Shown here piece after piece: positions 1 through 13,800 of a stretch of DNA of 64,000 nucleotides. Location: NCBI GenBank assembly GCA_964234715.1, contig OZ174275.1. One strand, 5' to 3'. A program made the translations under genes and the position numbers. The notes under the pieces are model-generated. The model saw only the letters and a program-made list of their open reading frames with translations. It did no database searches and was not told the origin of the DNA. The first letter of the stretch is position 1; each line of letters starts with the position of its first letter. This DNA is from Podarcis melisellensis. Lineage: Eukaryota.

Positions 1-25
1 CTGCAAGGCTTTTATGCAGATAGGA

Positions 26-354
26 CAGGGGTCAGCAAACTTACCGTGCCTTGGGCCAGTGTCTCCAGCGCTGATCTCGCGGTAAGCGGGGGAGCGCGTG
101 CACACATGCTATTTCCAGCGCACTTCCAGGTTGGAGGAGCACCGGAAATAGCTTGTGTGCATGGGCCTCCTCCAACCTGGATGTGCTCTGGAAATAACGC
201 GGATGCGCACAAGTTATTTCTGGTGCTCCAACCCGGAAGTGGGCAGCCACGCGGCACAGCACCGGTAAGAGTGGGCAGCAGGGGTCACCGCAGGCCAGAT
301 AAACGAGTCCCTCAGGCCTTATCCGGCCCGTGGGCCTTAGTTTGGGGACCCCTG
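26..354. mobile_element. Non-autonomous hAT-type DNA transposon (MITE)
   Basis: Imperfect TIRs CAGGGGTCAGCAAACT / AGTTTGGGGACCCCTG, exact 8-bp TSD AGATAGGA (18-25 and 355-362), internal repeated motifs. Confidence 0.85.
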
Positions 355-441
355 AGATAGGAAAATGGTACCTTAACAGCAAGACATAGTCTGGGAATGT
401 TACTTCTCCCAACACAGGTGGCCAACCAGTGTCAAACTTAC

Positions 442-536
442 TTGGAGTTATAGCTAGTCAGGAATCTGTTGGGCAGATCTGGATCATGTGCAGGTGTCAC
501 ATATTTAAGGTTATTGAGGCTGAATCCTGATGGTTC
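442..536 (-). CDS. SAXO4: SAXO4 coding exon 10 (further exons lie beyond the left edge)
   Basis: atgcag|...AA|gtaagt; EPSGFSLNNLKYVTPAHDPDLPNRFLTSYNS. Confidence 0.9.
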
Positions 537-3500
537 CTGCATAGAGAGGTCCATGAAAAGAGTAAGGGTCTAGTACCATAGGAGCAGAGCAAAGTGCCCA
601 ACAGATTATGAAGATGTAAGGCCTTAAGACTGTAGTTCAGGCATACCTTGTGACCCACTTGTTCCCGACCTAGAAGATTGTTCTGTGTCTGAGGTTGATG
701 CTGAAGCCCTTGGAACTGAGAGTGGCTCAGGGGACCTGGTGCCTCTACATCTGGTGGAACCGTCTGTGGAGATTGAAGGTCATGAGTGAAGGAGCCATTG
801 TGGGCAGTGGAGGCTGGTCCATTAAGGCCCCACCAACCTTGCCTGCCTCCTCACAGGTCCATGGGGAGGCAATGACTGTCAGCTTCTTCCTCCTTTGTCT
901 CAGCTTGCCTGTCATTGGCTCTTGACTACCGCCTACTGTTGGCCTCCTGGCCTTCCTCCCCACCAATCCCAACATGCCCCAGCCACCACAGGTTGTAGGA
1001 GTTACTGAAGAAAGGGAGGCAGCAAGGAAGACTGGGATCAAAATGAGGAAGGTTCTGTGAGTAAGATAGCCCACGGATGGTAGAAAGAGGAACAAGCAGA
1101 GACTCAGGAGAGGCTTCTGTTTGCAGACTCTGGCAGTGGAAGACAAATCCCAGAGAAAGCAAGAAAAGGGACTAAAGAACAAAGGCAGGTAGAAAAATAG
1201 GTCACGGCAGGCAAAGATACATGAAAATGTAGATAAAAGGAAATGAGAGGTGCTGGCAGGGAAAGAGTGGCAGAGACTTCTAGAGAGAGCAGTGAAGGGA
1301 GATTGTGTAAGTAGGGAAAGCAGTTGGCAGAGGGAATGTATTAAAGGAAGCAGGACAGGTATTCTGGTGATAAGGGAGTGTCACTTACTGGGGTACGGCC
1401 AAGATTCTGCCGACTGAATCCAGATCCCCTCTCAGAACCCTTTGACAGGACTGGTAGGAACTCATCACCCTGTCGGGAGGGGGACATATTAACGGTGAGT
1501 ACATCACATGCAAACAGCCAACAAAAGGAAATACAGGAAGGGGGAAATGGCACTTTTGCCTGCTGGCAAAGCACATCCCTTCAACTGTTTTTACAGGTCT
1601 CCACTAGTAACAACCCTATTACAAATGGTCTCCTTACATGTGGAAAGGAAGATGGCAGATAATCTGTCTTGGTAATGCTGACTCCTGGAGCGCTGCTCTG
1701 CAAAGCAGAAGACAAGTACTGAGACTCAGAGAGAGGAAAGTAGACAAGAGGAAGCACGGGTTCCATTACAGCTTCTACTTGGGAGCAGGCAAGCCTGTCT
1801 TAGGAGCAACTAGTTCAGCCTTCCAAGATACTGTGCTGGTTAGGACTGGCAGGAGTTTTTATCCAAAGCACCTGGAAGGCACCAGGTTCGGAAGGGTGGT
1901 ATTTTGTCCTTAATTGCATGGAATCATATTCCTGCTATAGTGAAACTGCAAGGACCTATGGGCTGCACTTGAACATTCGTGGCTAAATGTACAGAGAAAC
2001 TAGATTTGCTTTTGCCTTTAACCTCTCTTAAAAGCTCGGGTACAGGAAAAGTGGAACCTGTAACAAAATATTGCAGGGTAGAATGCTCTTCTTCCGGGTT
2101 CTTACTAGCCAATAATCCCCTTCTCCAGGACACTTCGTTCCATTCCTCCCACCCTCAACAGCAAGCATTCAATGCCCACTGAGCACGCTCAGCCTTCTTG
2201 GTGCTTTTAGGTTTCTGGAAAACCTGGAAGTTCTTACAAGCCTGCGAGTACCTCTTTTGGGTATGTGCTTGGTGCCTTTTTGGCTACATAATAATAGGCA
2301 CTATCACATCATATGAATATATGAAGAGCCCTGCTGGATCAGGTCAACAGCCCATCTAGTAGGGCATTCACGTTCTCACAGTGGCCAGCCAGCTGCCTGT
2401 GGGGAGCTCACAAGAAGGACATGAGTGCAACAGCACTCTTCCCACCAGTGATTTCCAGCAACAGGCATTCAGAGGCATACTGCCCCCAACAGTGGAGGTA
2501 GAACAAAGCCATTGTGGTTAGTAGCCACTTAGAGCCCCATCTTCTGTGAATTTGCCTAGCCTTTTAAAGCCATCCATGTTTGTGCCCATCACTACTTCTC
2601 ATGGGGGCAAATTCCTTAGTAAGTGAGGAGCTCAAGGGTCAGGAGAGATCGATCCACTGTTCAAACTAACAAGCAACTTGACTAGAGTAGGAGACCATAT
2701 TCCACTGGGCTCTGCAGGTTAATGCTTAATGTGACCCACGGCGAGAACAGCAGCATATACAGAGTTTACTGGAGAAACCTGAGATTTGTCCATAATGGGG
2801 TTTGCCAGGCAGCCTTCAGTAAAACCAGTCTCTTCTTTGGCTCCAATTGTTTTCTTCTGCAGGAAATCTGTATTGGGGGAGAAGAGAGATGAAGTGATAA
2901 CATGAGGAAAAGGAGCACACTGAAGAAAGAAGGCAGAAGACTTCTGTAAATAGCAGTGGCGACATAACAGTACAAAAATTAGACAGCAAGCTGTTGGCTG
3001 AGGAAGGCAGAGGGCATAGGTAAGATAACTGGTGAAAAGGTGAGAGCTGTATTTTACCCGATATTTAGCTCAAAGCATAAAAAGGTGTGTCAAACTAATA
3101 ATTCCACACTCTGACCTGCAGAAACATATTTAGCAATTCCATCTCTCCAGAGAAGAACTCACATCTCCCTTCCCTGCATTATATTGCACTTTCTGACTGT
3201 GCTACCAGCCAGACTGCTGTACCACTCCTGTTCTTGTAGCGTTGTTTTTCCTTGCCCATGTGGCCACAACTATTCCTTTCCCATGCATACAGCTTATGCA
3301 TCACATCCATGCAATAAAATTTGTTGCATAAAAGGTGAGGGGAATCCCTGATCCTGGAAGCAAGTGGAGGGCGGGTGTCGGTCATTCACAGGTTCTACAT
3401 GCCAATACTGTAACCACTGGGCTAACAGAGGTGACTAAGTGTTGTTTGTGACTGAAGGGGCAATTTCCCTTTGTGTAATTTTGTGTTTTACCCATGTCAA

Positions 3501-6500
3501 AAGGGCTGTGTGCTGGTGCTGGCTGTGATAGAAGATCTGATCCTATCTGAGGGAGCCCTACAGAATGTGGCTGAAGATGTGGCTGTGAATTACTTCCAGC
3601 CCACTACGCAGAGAGCCTTGCACATTATGTGTGGCAAAGCGGGTAGACTGGGTTGAGTGATGTTCCTGCTGTCACTGTATGTTGACTGCAGTTTTCTAAA
3701 GTCCAAGCATTAGAAAGAAATGCTAATGTAGCAATTTTGGCAGTCACTCCCCCCAGCAACACTGTTGATGGACTACGCTGAAATGGCAAAGATGACGGTG
3801 AAGATCAGACACCAAGATGATAAAATAATTATCATGCATGAAAGGCAAGCTGCATGTAGACTGATGCCTTTCTTGCATGGGAACTGTGGGAACATCAGTG
3901 GTGAATTTCATAGTGATTGGTGGGCAGTTGCAGCATTGGTGTGGGAGTGGAAGCCCTGCTGAATCAACCCAAAGGCCCATCTAGTCCAGCATCTGTTTCT
4001 CACAGCAGCCAACCTCTGGAAAGCTCACAAACAGGACAGGAGGGAAAGAGCTTCCTCCTGCTGTTCCCTAGTGGCCGGCATCCAGAGACACACTTCCTTT
4101 GCTCCTGGAGGTAATATATAGCCTTCATGAATATAGTAACCACTGAGAGCCTTATCATCTGTTGAGAGTTTTATCCTCTGTAGTTTATAATGACTCAATA
4201 TATAATCTCACAATACTCAGAAGAAAGTCCTTTTGAATTCAGTGGGGCTTACACCTAGGTTAGTGGCGTTACAATTTCAGCTGTACACTTTTCTCTAAAA
4301 TGCACATACCTATATTATGAAGTAATCTAATGTAGCAAGTGATGATGACCACTATAGAAAATATGGTGATGCCTATATTTTGTCCAATATCAGAGGCAGT
4401 ATGGCGCTGAATACCAGTTACTGGGGAACACAAATGGGAGAGGGCTACTGCCAGTTGGGCAGGTTTGTGGGTTTGAGCCCCATGTTGGGCAAAAGATTCC
4501 TGCATGGCAGGGGGTTGGACTACATGATCCTCAGGGTCCCTTCCAACTCTGCAGTTCTGTGATTCTATGTTCTGACTGTGAGCTTCCCATTGGCATCTAG
4601 TAGGCTGTGCTGGAATGGAAAGGGCTTTGGTCAGATTCAGCACAGCTGTTACAAAAATGAAAATCTGCAACAGACTAGAAGGCCTCTGAACTGCAAAATT
4701 CCAAAGCAAAAATCTGAAGTGTACAGAAACATTCTTTCAGAGAGCTGCATCGCTTTTTCACTGCCACCTTCAATGTGGATTTATTTTCAGACATGAGAGT
4801 GATTTGTGCATTTATATCTTGCACATGAAATGTGACAAGCTGTCCCAAGAATTCCAAGTTAGACTTCCATTATAAAATCTCTAACCTCCACCCCCCAAGT
4901 TGTAGAAGATGACTTAAATGTCAGCGTCCCCACAGCAACATTTTTAGGGGGAAAAGGCAAAAAACAAAAACCCCAATTTACATTTTAATCTAAAAATTTC
5001 TGAAGACTGTGGGTGGCAATATTGATATGTGCAGCCGTTAAAAAAAAAGAATTCAGCTGGGAGTTATTTGTGATTTGGATCTAGTCCAGACTACTGCTTT
5101 AACTTCCTAAATATGGATTTAAAAGAATTTTAAATTCAAAGAACACGGAGGTGAGAATGACATATTGCAGCATTACATAAATACAGAATAAGAAAACTGG
5201 ACAAGCATATATCTCAGGATGCTACCTTTGTGAAAGTGGTACTATATTATATATGGTCTATTTTTAATAGTAAAGTAACAATTTAATGCAGATCTAAGAA
5301 CACTTAATTTTCTAGTAGAAGGTGACCAGCTTCTTTGAATCAAACTGAATCTGTTTCTCGTGTTCCCTTTTTGCTTAAAGACTGCCTATCTCCTGAAAAC
5401 CATACTGTGCCTGGATACAAAATGAAACATCTAGGCTGAACAAACACAAGTGTCTTCTTAACAGAACCATGGACTTCAAGTATCCTTAGAGCAAGGATGG
5501 AGAACCTGTGGCCCTCCAATTGTCGGACTCCAGCTCCCATCAGTCCCAGACAGAATAGCCAAAAGTCAGACTGATGTGAATTGTAGTCTAATGGCATCTG
5601 GAGGGCCCCAGGTAAGTGTATTGTTTACTTAGATGAGACATGTGTGCTTAGTCTTGGGCATACCTCACCAGTCATGACATCCCTGAAAAATGTCACATAA
5701 GAAATACAAGAAGCATTTATCACTTTGATGTGATGTCTAGCTGCCTAAATACCCCCTTCTAAACCAATGGTGGGGAACCTTTGGCCCTCCAAATGTTGTG
5801 GAATGACAACTCCCATCATCCCTGACCACAGTATTGGCAGGTTGATTGTTATGAATAAGCAGACAGCTCCCTTTCTTATGAGTGGAGTATCAATATTGTG
5901 CACGAGGATGAAGCTCTGTCAGCTATGAAGAACAATTACCTGGTTGTCCTGGAATGTTGAAGCGGTACTTTGAATTGTACTCTGTGGACATGTAGTGAGG
6001 TCCCTGCAAATATGAAAACAGCAGTGGAGAGTAAGACCAAATGCTCCAGATGGAGTCTCCTACTTGCCCTGCCAGTAGGGTTTCCAATACACTGTTCCAC
6101 ATCTCTGTTTAAGGGCAGACCAATTATTCCTAGGGTTACAGTTCTCAGCTTTCCAAAATTATATTGCTCTCTCCCATGACTTTATCATTTATCCTTTACT
6201 GACCCTTATGCCTGGAACTCCCACCTCTCTCACTTCCTGCAAACCCTTCCTCAAAGCCCATGTTTTCTGGGAAGCATTTGGCACAACCCCCTGCTCCCCA
6301 TACACTAAACTGTAACTAAGACTAAGCAGGCACAATTGGAACAATCTCATATTCTTCCCGTGTTTTCCTGTAGCGCCATTTCCCTCCACATGGTCCATTC
6401 TGCCCCCATATGTCAATTTCTACATTTTAAGCAGTGATGTAGGGAAACTGGGGGTACAAAACTTACAGCCTCTTTCAGCCAATGAAGTACCAGGGTAATG

Positions 6501-9500
6501 GACACAATCCTTCTTGCTCCGATTCAAGCTTTACTACCATTTGTGACAGATTAGCATTGGAGAAGTCAGAGGATAAGGAAAATAATCAAGGAGAGACTTT
6601 TCTTTGGTGGGGTTCCTATGCTGCCCTAGCAGTGTGAATAGCAAATGGTGTGTGTTTTTGTTTTGGTTGTTGTTTTGCATTTCTAATTAAAAGCTAAAGA
6701 TTGCATTTACAAGTTGAACAGGGCTAGTGCCCCACCCATCCTGCCACTGCCACTGTGACAGCAGCAGTGACAAGATCTTGTGCAATCTCACAAAAGTCAA
6801 TTTCATGCGGTCTGCAATATTTTGCAAGAGCGCCACAAGATCTCATCAGAACCCACCACCATCTCTGATGCTTTGTGGGCACCACTGTACAACCTAAGTA
6901 AGAGAGGCTTTGACAGAGGAGGTTGCAGTGACAGGGTGGCATCTTCCTGTTTCCCTTCAGGCAGCAAAACACCTCTAAATTCAACCTATGCATCCAGCAT
7001 AAGAATTGCTGAGTTCAATGGAGCTTACTCCAGGTAACTGTGTGTCGGATTGAAGTCATGCTATATGGCTGATCAGGGATGTGAACCCAGGTTTCACCAG
7101 CCAAATTCTAACATGTTAACCAATATGCCAGGTATCTTCAATCTTTTCAGTACCCAGGACCCCCTTTTAATCCAAACTTGCATTTGGGGATCCATTTCTT
7201 AAATCTCTAACATATGTTTGCGTGGTAGTAGTGCTCCTGTTATGACCCACTTTTGATCAGGCCGTGCCCCATGAATGGGTCCTGACCCACCAGGCAAAGG
7301 ATCAGTGTGCTATACCATCCCTTGTCAATTCACTATTCTAAGGTAAAGGTAAAGGTACCCCTGCCCGTACGGGCCAGTCTTGCCAGACTCTGGGGTTGTG
7401 CGCCCATCTCACTCAAGAGGCCAGGGGCCAGCGCTGTCCGAAGACACTTCTGGGTCACGTGGCCAGTGTGACATCGCTGCTCTGGCGAGCCAGAGCTGCA
7501 CACGGAAACGCCGTTTACCTTCCCGCTAGAAAGCGGTCCCTACACTTTCCCCCCTCTCCCATACATATCACCTTAGGATGACATCATGCTTGTTCATAGC
7601 TCAATGATTGAAATGTTGAGTGATGACTTGTAGGTGTGAAACAACCTTCACAGATCAAAGAATGCAGACTGGAGCTTTCCTATTAGCTCACATCACCACA
7701 GACAATACTTTTCTATGGAGGCAATTCACACCTTCTGGTGCAAGTCATCAGGCAAGGAGACAGGCATATGTGAATCAAGCTTTAGATCAGGAGTGAAAAT
7801 GAGGACTATGGGGATAAAATCGGATCACTTTCTATATGGAAAGGTACTTGGTTTTGCAGTAACCCAGGAAAGTCAAGCTTTTCCTGCCAATACTTTCACT
7901 GTATGCTAAAATATTGATTTTCAACAGGTTTGCTGTGAGCAGCAGTGCAACCACAATTTTAAAAATATTTTTCCCCGTTGCGGATTATGAGGACACGAGC
8001 AGGGAAAGTCATGCATAAAATGGAAACTCCCCTTTTATTTTACTGCATCTGGTGGTGGATATAAGAGGCAAATATAGGACCCTGGATTCAACACTGGCCA
8101 ACCAGATGCCTATGAGAAGCCCAACACCAGGACCAGAATGCAACAGCACTCTCTCTATTTGTGATTCCCAGCAAATGGTATTGAGAGGCATACTGTCTCT
8201 GATAACTGAGGTAGTACATAGCCATCAGGACTGGTAGCAGCCATTGACAGCCTTATCCTCCATGGCTTTTTCTAATCTCCTTTTGAGGCTGTCCAAATTG
8301 GCAGTCGTCACTACATCTTATACAGCAGGAGCAAGGTCAATAGCTTACGCACTGTGTGAAGAAGCCAGACCTTCTGGCCCTGAGTTCTAATGAAAACTCC
8401 CCTTTATACCTCTTCTGTGATCAGGTACTGCCAAAGCTACAGTCAAATGAGGAAGGGCCCATTGAACTAGCAGCTGACTCACATGTCTGGCATGTTCCAC
8501 ATCGACAGAACCTCTTCCATACAACTTGTGCAGGTCAGGGGTATGTTTAGGCTCCAGCCCTGATATAGCTTGGGCTCCCTGGTCTGCTGTGTCAAAATGG
8601 ACTTTCTTGACCTGCAAAATGAAGCCCAGCTTGCAATTTGGAAAGTTAAGTATGAATACCACAAATACCAGAACTGAAGTGATACTGTTCAGGGCTATTG
8701 TTGAGAAAGGAGGGGAAAGAACAGTCAAAAGAGAGCAGGAAAATGCATATATAACATCTTGTATCTGTCCCCATCTCAGAAGTGGTAGGGAGTCATCTTC
8801 TTCATGGCTGAGCCCTTGATCACAGCTCTAATTAAAACATTAGGAAGCCAGTGAGGTCAATCAGTGAAGCTACAAGGCTTCATGCTCCCATATCTCATTC
8901 ATTTCTTCTTTTTCCTATACACTCCAAACAAAATAATTAGAATTTCAGCTTATGTCTTTCCAACAGAATAAAGTTTTTAATCTTTCCTGTGGCAGTGAAT
9001 GCAGTGAACATGATTACAGTGGGGGGGGGGTGGCAGGTTGTTCTGAAAGCCTACAATATAGAAGGCAAATCAAAAGAGAGACAAAACAAAAAAAAATCCT
9101 TCCAGTAGCATCTTAAAGACCAACTAAGTTAGTTCTTGGTATGAGCTTTCGTGTGCATGCACACTTCTTCAGATACACACTTCTCTCAAAAGAGAGACAC
9201 TTTGCTTTTAGTATTCACACAACTGTAAAGCAATTCTGAAATTACAGAGGAACTGGGTTTGGCAGATAGTAGGGCTCAGTCCTACTGCACACTTCCCAAG
9301 TCTCAATCCCTCACACAGCTAAACTGTTCTCAACACAGTGTCTGGGTTTAAAAGGAAGTGATCCTTGTTCAAATGCCTCTTTTCTACCACAACATGTTCC
9401 ACTTGGTATATAATCCAGGTCACAATCATATTGGCATGCACACACATACCCCAGCAGCAGCTCTCCTTAGCTCCATCCTGCACTTAATTAGAACAATTCA

Positions 9501-10789
9501 TTAATGAGTCCCAGTCCTTTAGGTGCAGAACTGCCAACTGGACATTATTTTACTGATATGTCTAGTAAAAGCATATTCTGGTAGTTAAACAGTATATAGG
9601 CTTCTGAAAACCCCACTAATCTGTCTCAACAAAACCCTAGGCTATCGAGCTTCACCTGTGATCACTAGTCTATGTAGCAAGCCTCATATGTGACTCAGGA
9701 ATGTCCACTCTGACTCTCAAAGACTATGAATGGATCACTAATACTAATGTACATTATGCACTCCTGCCCCATAACCATCCATATTCCAAACCTTAACTTA
9801 CTTACGTGGTGCCTTTATCTATAAACGTATCACATCACAGCACAACTTTATGGGCATTTACTCAGAAGCAAGTTCTACTGTGTTTAATGGGGCTAGTAAG
9901 CATATTTAAACGGAACAGAGTGTGACTTAATTCTGAACACCAGCATTTATGGGATTGCACTGCACCTACTGACTTCTTTCTGGCTCCTTGTACCATCAAA
10001 ATGTAACTCCTCTTCACATCTTGTATTTCTGAAGCTCTGTTCGTTTTGGATCCTCATATACACTTGCCAGATCACATCAATTTATGCATCCTGGCTTTTG
10101 TGTTTTGCCCTGCATCGCAGTAGATTCTCTTAGACCTCATGGATATATAGAGAGAAGCCTGGGAATGGAATGACTCATAATTGCTCAGAATTTAGTCTTG
10201 CAAAACATCCTCCTTCCACACATGCACTGCCACAGTTTTGTGCTAGATACATCGGATTGAAATTCACAACGCAGGTGATTCATGTATGCATTATTAGTTA
10301 TGGTAACTATCAGGCACATGGCCCCTTTAAGAGAAAAAGCTATGACCCAGGATGCAGGCTCTTGGAGAGCTGACTCAGAAGGATGGAGAAGCTGCTCGAA
10401 TCAAGGCCTTGCCACTTGCTAGATGGATGTCGGACTTTGAGCTGCCTCATTGCTGAAGCTCCAAGCTCCAGCCTTCCTGAACTGAAGAAGCAGCCCAAGC
10501 CATTATTAATGGCACTAGGTGATAATTTTGGCACATTACAAGCATGTTGAATAGCACAACAATACACTGCGCAGAGGCAAATCCTAGGTTTGGGATACTT
10601 ACCTCTTTAGTGGTGGGGAAAGAAAGAGGTTTTTCTCGAACATACCCACTCCCTGGCTGGTACACACTCCAGGGAAGAGGATATTTCCCATCTGGGAGCT
10701 CAAGAGGCTGGAAGTGCTTGGTTGTTGTCGATTCATAATTGTCCTGAAGGAGCTTCCTGGTTTCGGAGAAAATAATAAGCATGAGAGAC

Positions 10790-10841
<52 letters not shown>

Positions 10842-13800
10842 TTATACCCTACCCATCTGGCTGGGTTTCCCAGCCACTCTGGGTGCCTTCCAACAGAATA
10901 TTAAAATACAATAGTCTATTAAACTTCCCTAAATTCACAGCATCTGAACTTAAGAAACACAGTGGATTTTAATCAGGTTATGTTTAGGCATGTTAGAATT
11001 GTGCTCTAAAGACAGCCATGCTTTCTATCTCCTAAAGTGATGCGTTAGTCCAGGCAACCCAAAAGGTCACTGTCTTTGGTCCTTCCAGTCATCTACACTG
11101 CATTCATAATGGATACCACGGTGAAGTGCCAAATGCAATTGCCTTGCCATAGTCTTTGTTATTATGCTTTGAGGGAGTACAAGTAAAGCAAATGCAAGCA
11201 TGTCACTGACTCAGAGGTGACATGAGCATTATGAGGATGTGATTATGTTTCACAGCTTTCCCCAATCTGGTACCCCCAAAATGCTCTGGGCTACAGCTCC
11301 CACCTGCCAGAACCAGCACAGCCAATCATCAAGGGTGGTAAGAGCTGGAGCCCAAAACGTCTGGAGAGCAGCGGGTTGGGTGGTATGCAAACCACAAGAC
11401 AGTTTCCCTGTTCTGAACCATCCCAGTTAATTTCCACAAAGTATACGACCAATACCTACCCCACAGTCGGATTATCTAATTTGTCTAGGCTTGGCTTGTA
11501 GTGGACAACGGGACGGTAATTGGTTTTATATCCTGCTCCAGAGTGGATGCTAGTCCGAGGACGAAACCCTGCTTGACCTGGCAAAGGAAAGGGAGACAAT
11601 GGCAGATTTGTATTGCCTATTTATATCTTCACTTACTTACTGCATTTATAAAGCACCGTTTTCCCACTGCACACTCAATACAGTTTACAATATAAAGTAA
11701 TAACTAATTGTCAATTCAGGTAGGTAGCCATGTTGGTCTGATGCAGTCGGGGGGAAATAAATTGTCCAGTAGCACCTTATAGACCAACTAAATTTGTTCT
11801 GGTATAAGCTTTTGTGTGCATGCACCAGAATAAACTTAGTTGGTCTATAAGGTGCTACTGGACCATTTAAAAAAAAAAAACTTTTTAAAATCTAATTGTC
11901 ATGACACAGAGGGAAAGATGGGGAAGGAAAAGGAAAACCAAGCAAATTTGAGTATACTAACTCTTGCATGATTGGAGCAAGGTGTTACATAATGTTCAGG
12001 TGGGATGATCACTACAGCAGAGGAGTGGAGGAGCTACATGGCAGTTGACCCCAACCGAATCAAGAGAGATGCCGTGGGGCCTCCCTTTGGAGCAGCTGCA
12101 AATAGCGGCTGTTCCAGGAGGACAGGAGCCAAATGGTAGTTTGTCTCAGCTAGGCTGATAAAGGGGTCCTCACCTTTCCCCCTAATGCACCCGGTATGAT
12201 GGCTCCAGATGGAAGCTACTCTGGTAGGAAAAAAGGCAAAAGGGAATTGGTGCCAGCCTAGCTGACGGAGGGGGCCTCACTGTCATTTCTCTCTCTACAA
12301 AAGCCTCTGCAAGAATCAGTTCTGGAGGATGGAAGCTTCATGCTGGTTAGAAGGTGGGAAGGGGTGGGGTTTCTCCAAGAACATTCTTGTCATCTTTGGT
12401 GCTTTGGCCTATGATAATATCTAAGCTTCAAGCTGGGGCTGGGAAACTGGTGGCTCTCCAGACATTGTTGGACTACAACTCCCATGATCCCTGGATATTG
12501 GCCATGCAGACTGGAGCTGATAGGAGCCCAACAACATCTGGAGGGCACAGGTACCTCAGCCCTGGCTGTGGTAAGGGGTTCTGACATGAAATGTGTCTAA
12601 CTCGAGGCATCCCTGTTACATGTGTGCCCAGCGCATGCATATCTACAGTGTTGTCAAATTGGGGCACGATGATGATTTAGTAGGAAGCAGCAGCAATAGT
12701 GGAACATGGATGGGCCTAACTCAAGTGATCCTGTTGTTTCAACAGGGACATGTTTCACTGTTTCCAACTGAGTTAAAATAGGAAATTACAGCACTGCAGA
12801 CACTGCCTATAACAGAATGTAAGCAGCTTGGGAACCAGGCAGGGGCAAAGCACTTTGAGATAAAGAACACAACCTCTGCATAGATATGCCTGGGAGAAAA
12901 GTTATATCTCAGGTGAATTTCACTCCAAACAATTCTTGAGATACATGGGAGGTAGCAGCATAAGCAAACTGCCTAGAAAACTCCATTGAGCTCAGTGGCT
13001 CCCTGAGCAAACATGTTTAGAACTGAGTTGTTTGTTCTGGGTACATTCAGATGCAACACTCTAAAGGGCTTCTTGCTTCACACAACCTTCCAATGCTTGC
13101 AGCAAACTTTTCATCCAAACATGGTTTGTGCTTGCTTGAAAAACCAGGATCAGACAAGCCTTGGGTTTCGGTTCAGCGCACATTGTAGTTTGCTACTTAA
13201 TTTCTTTTTTTGAAATCATTTTTATTTGATTTTATGAATGCAAATTAATTACAATGCCAAATACATATCCATAAAGAGATATTTCTCTGAATCTCGCAAC
13301 TTCCCCCCATGGGTCCTAATGTCAAAAATCCCAACTGCATATTATTTCATAGTCTTATGTTTTATATCTATCCATATTGTCCATAATATTTGTTACATTA
13401 CAAGTGGGGTTAAAACCCTGCCAATGTTTTCATCTGCTTCAGTGGTCTCCTAAATACATTATTAACTTTTCACATTCTTTCTTGGATTTCTTGTCTTCTT
13501 GGTCTCTGAGTTTCCTGGTCAGTTTTGTCATTTCAGCTGAGTCTCACAGCTTAGTTTGCCAGTCCTCTCTGGTAGGAACTCTTCCTTCTTTCCATCTCTT
13601 GGCTAGTAGCATCCGTGCTGCTCTTGTCGCATACATGAAAAGTATTTTCTGTTCCTTTAGAATGTTGGTACCTATAATTCCTAATAAAAAGGCTTCTGGT
13701 TTTTTAATAAAAGTTTTCAATTTATTTTGCATGGGTTCCCAATAATCAAGAATCAAAAGTTACTAAATGTGGCACATGATGGAAGCTTGAATCTCATTAT

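Noticed and set aside
745-1182. 145-aa minus-strand ORF inside SAXO4
   Set aside because: Almost entirely intronic, out of frame with exon 647-763, and not homologous to PPP1R32.
10714-10972. Poly-Asn and poly-Ile ORFs
   Set aside because: Translations of an (AAT)n microsatellite.
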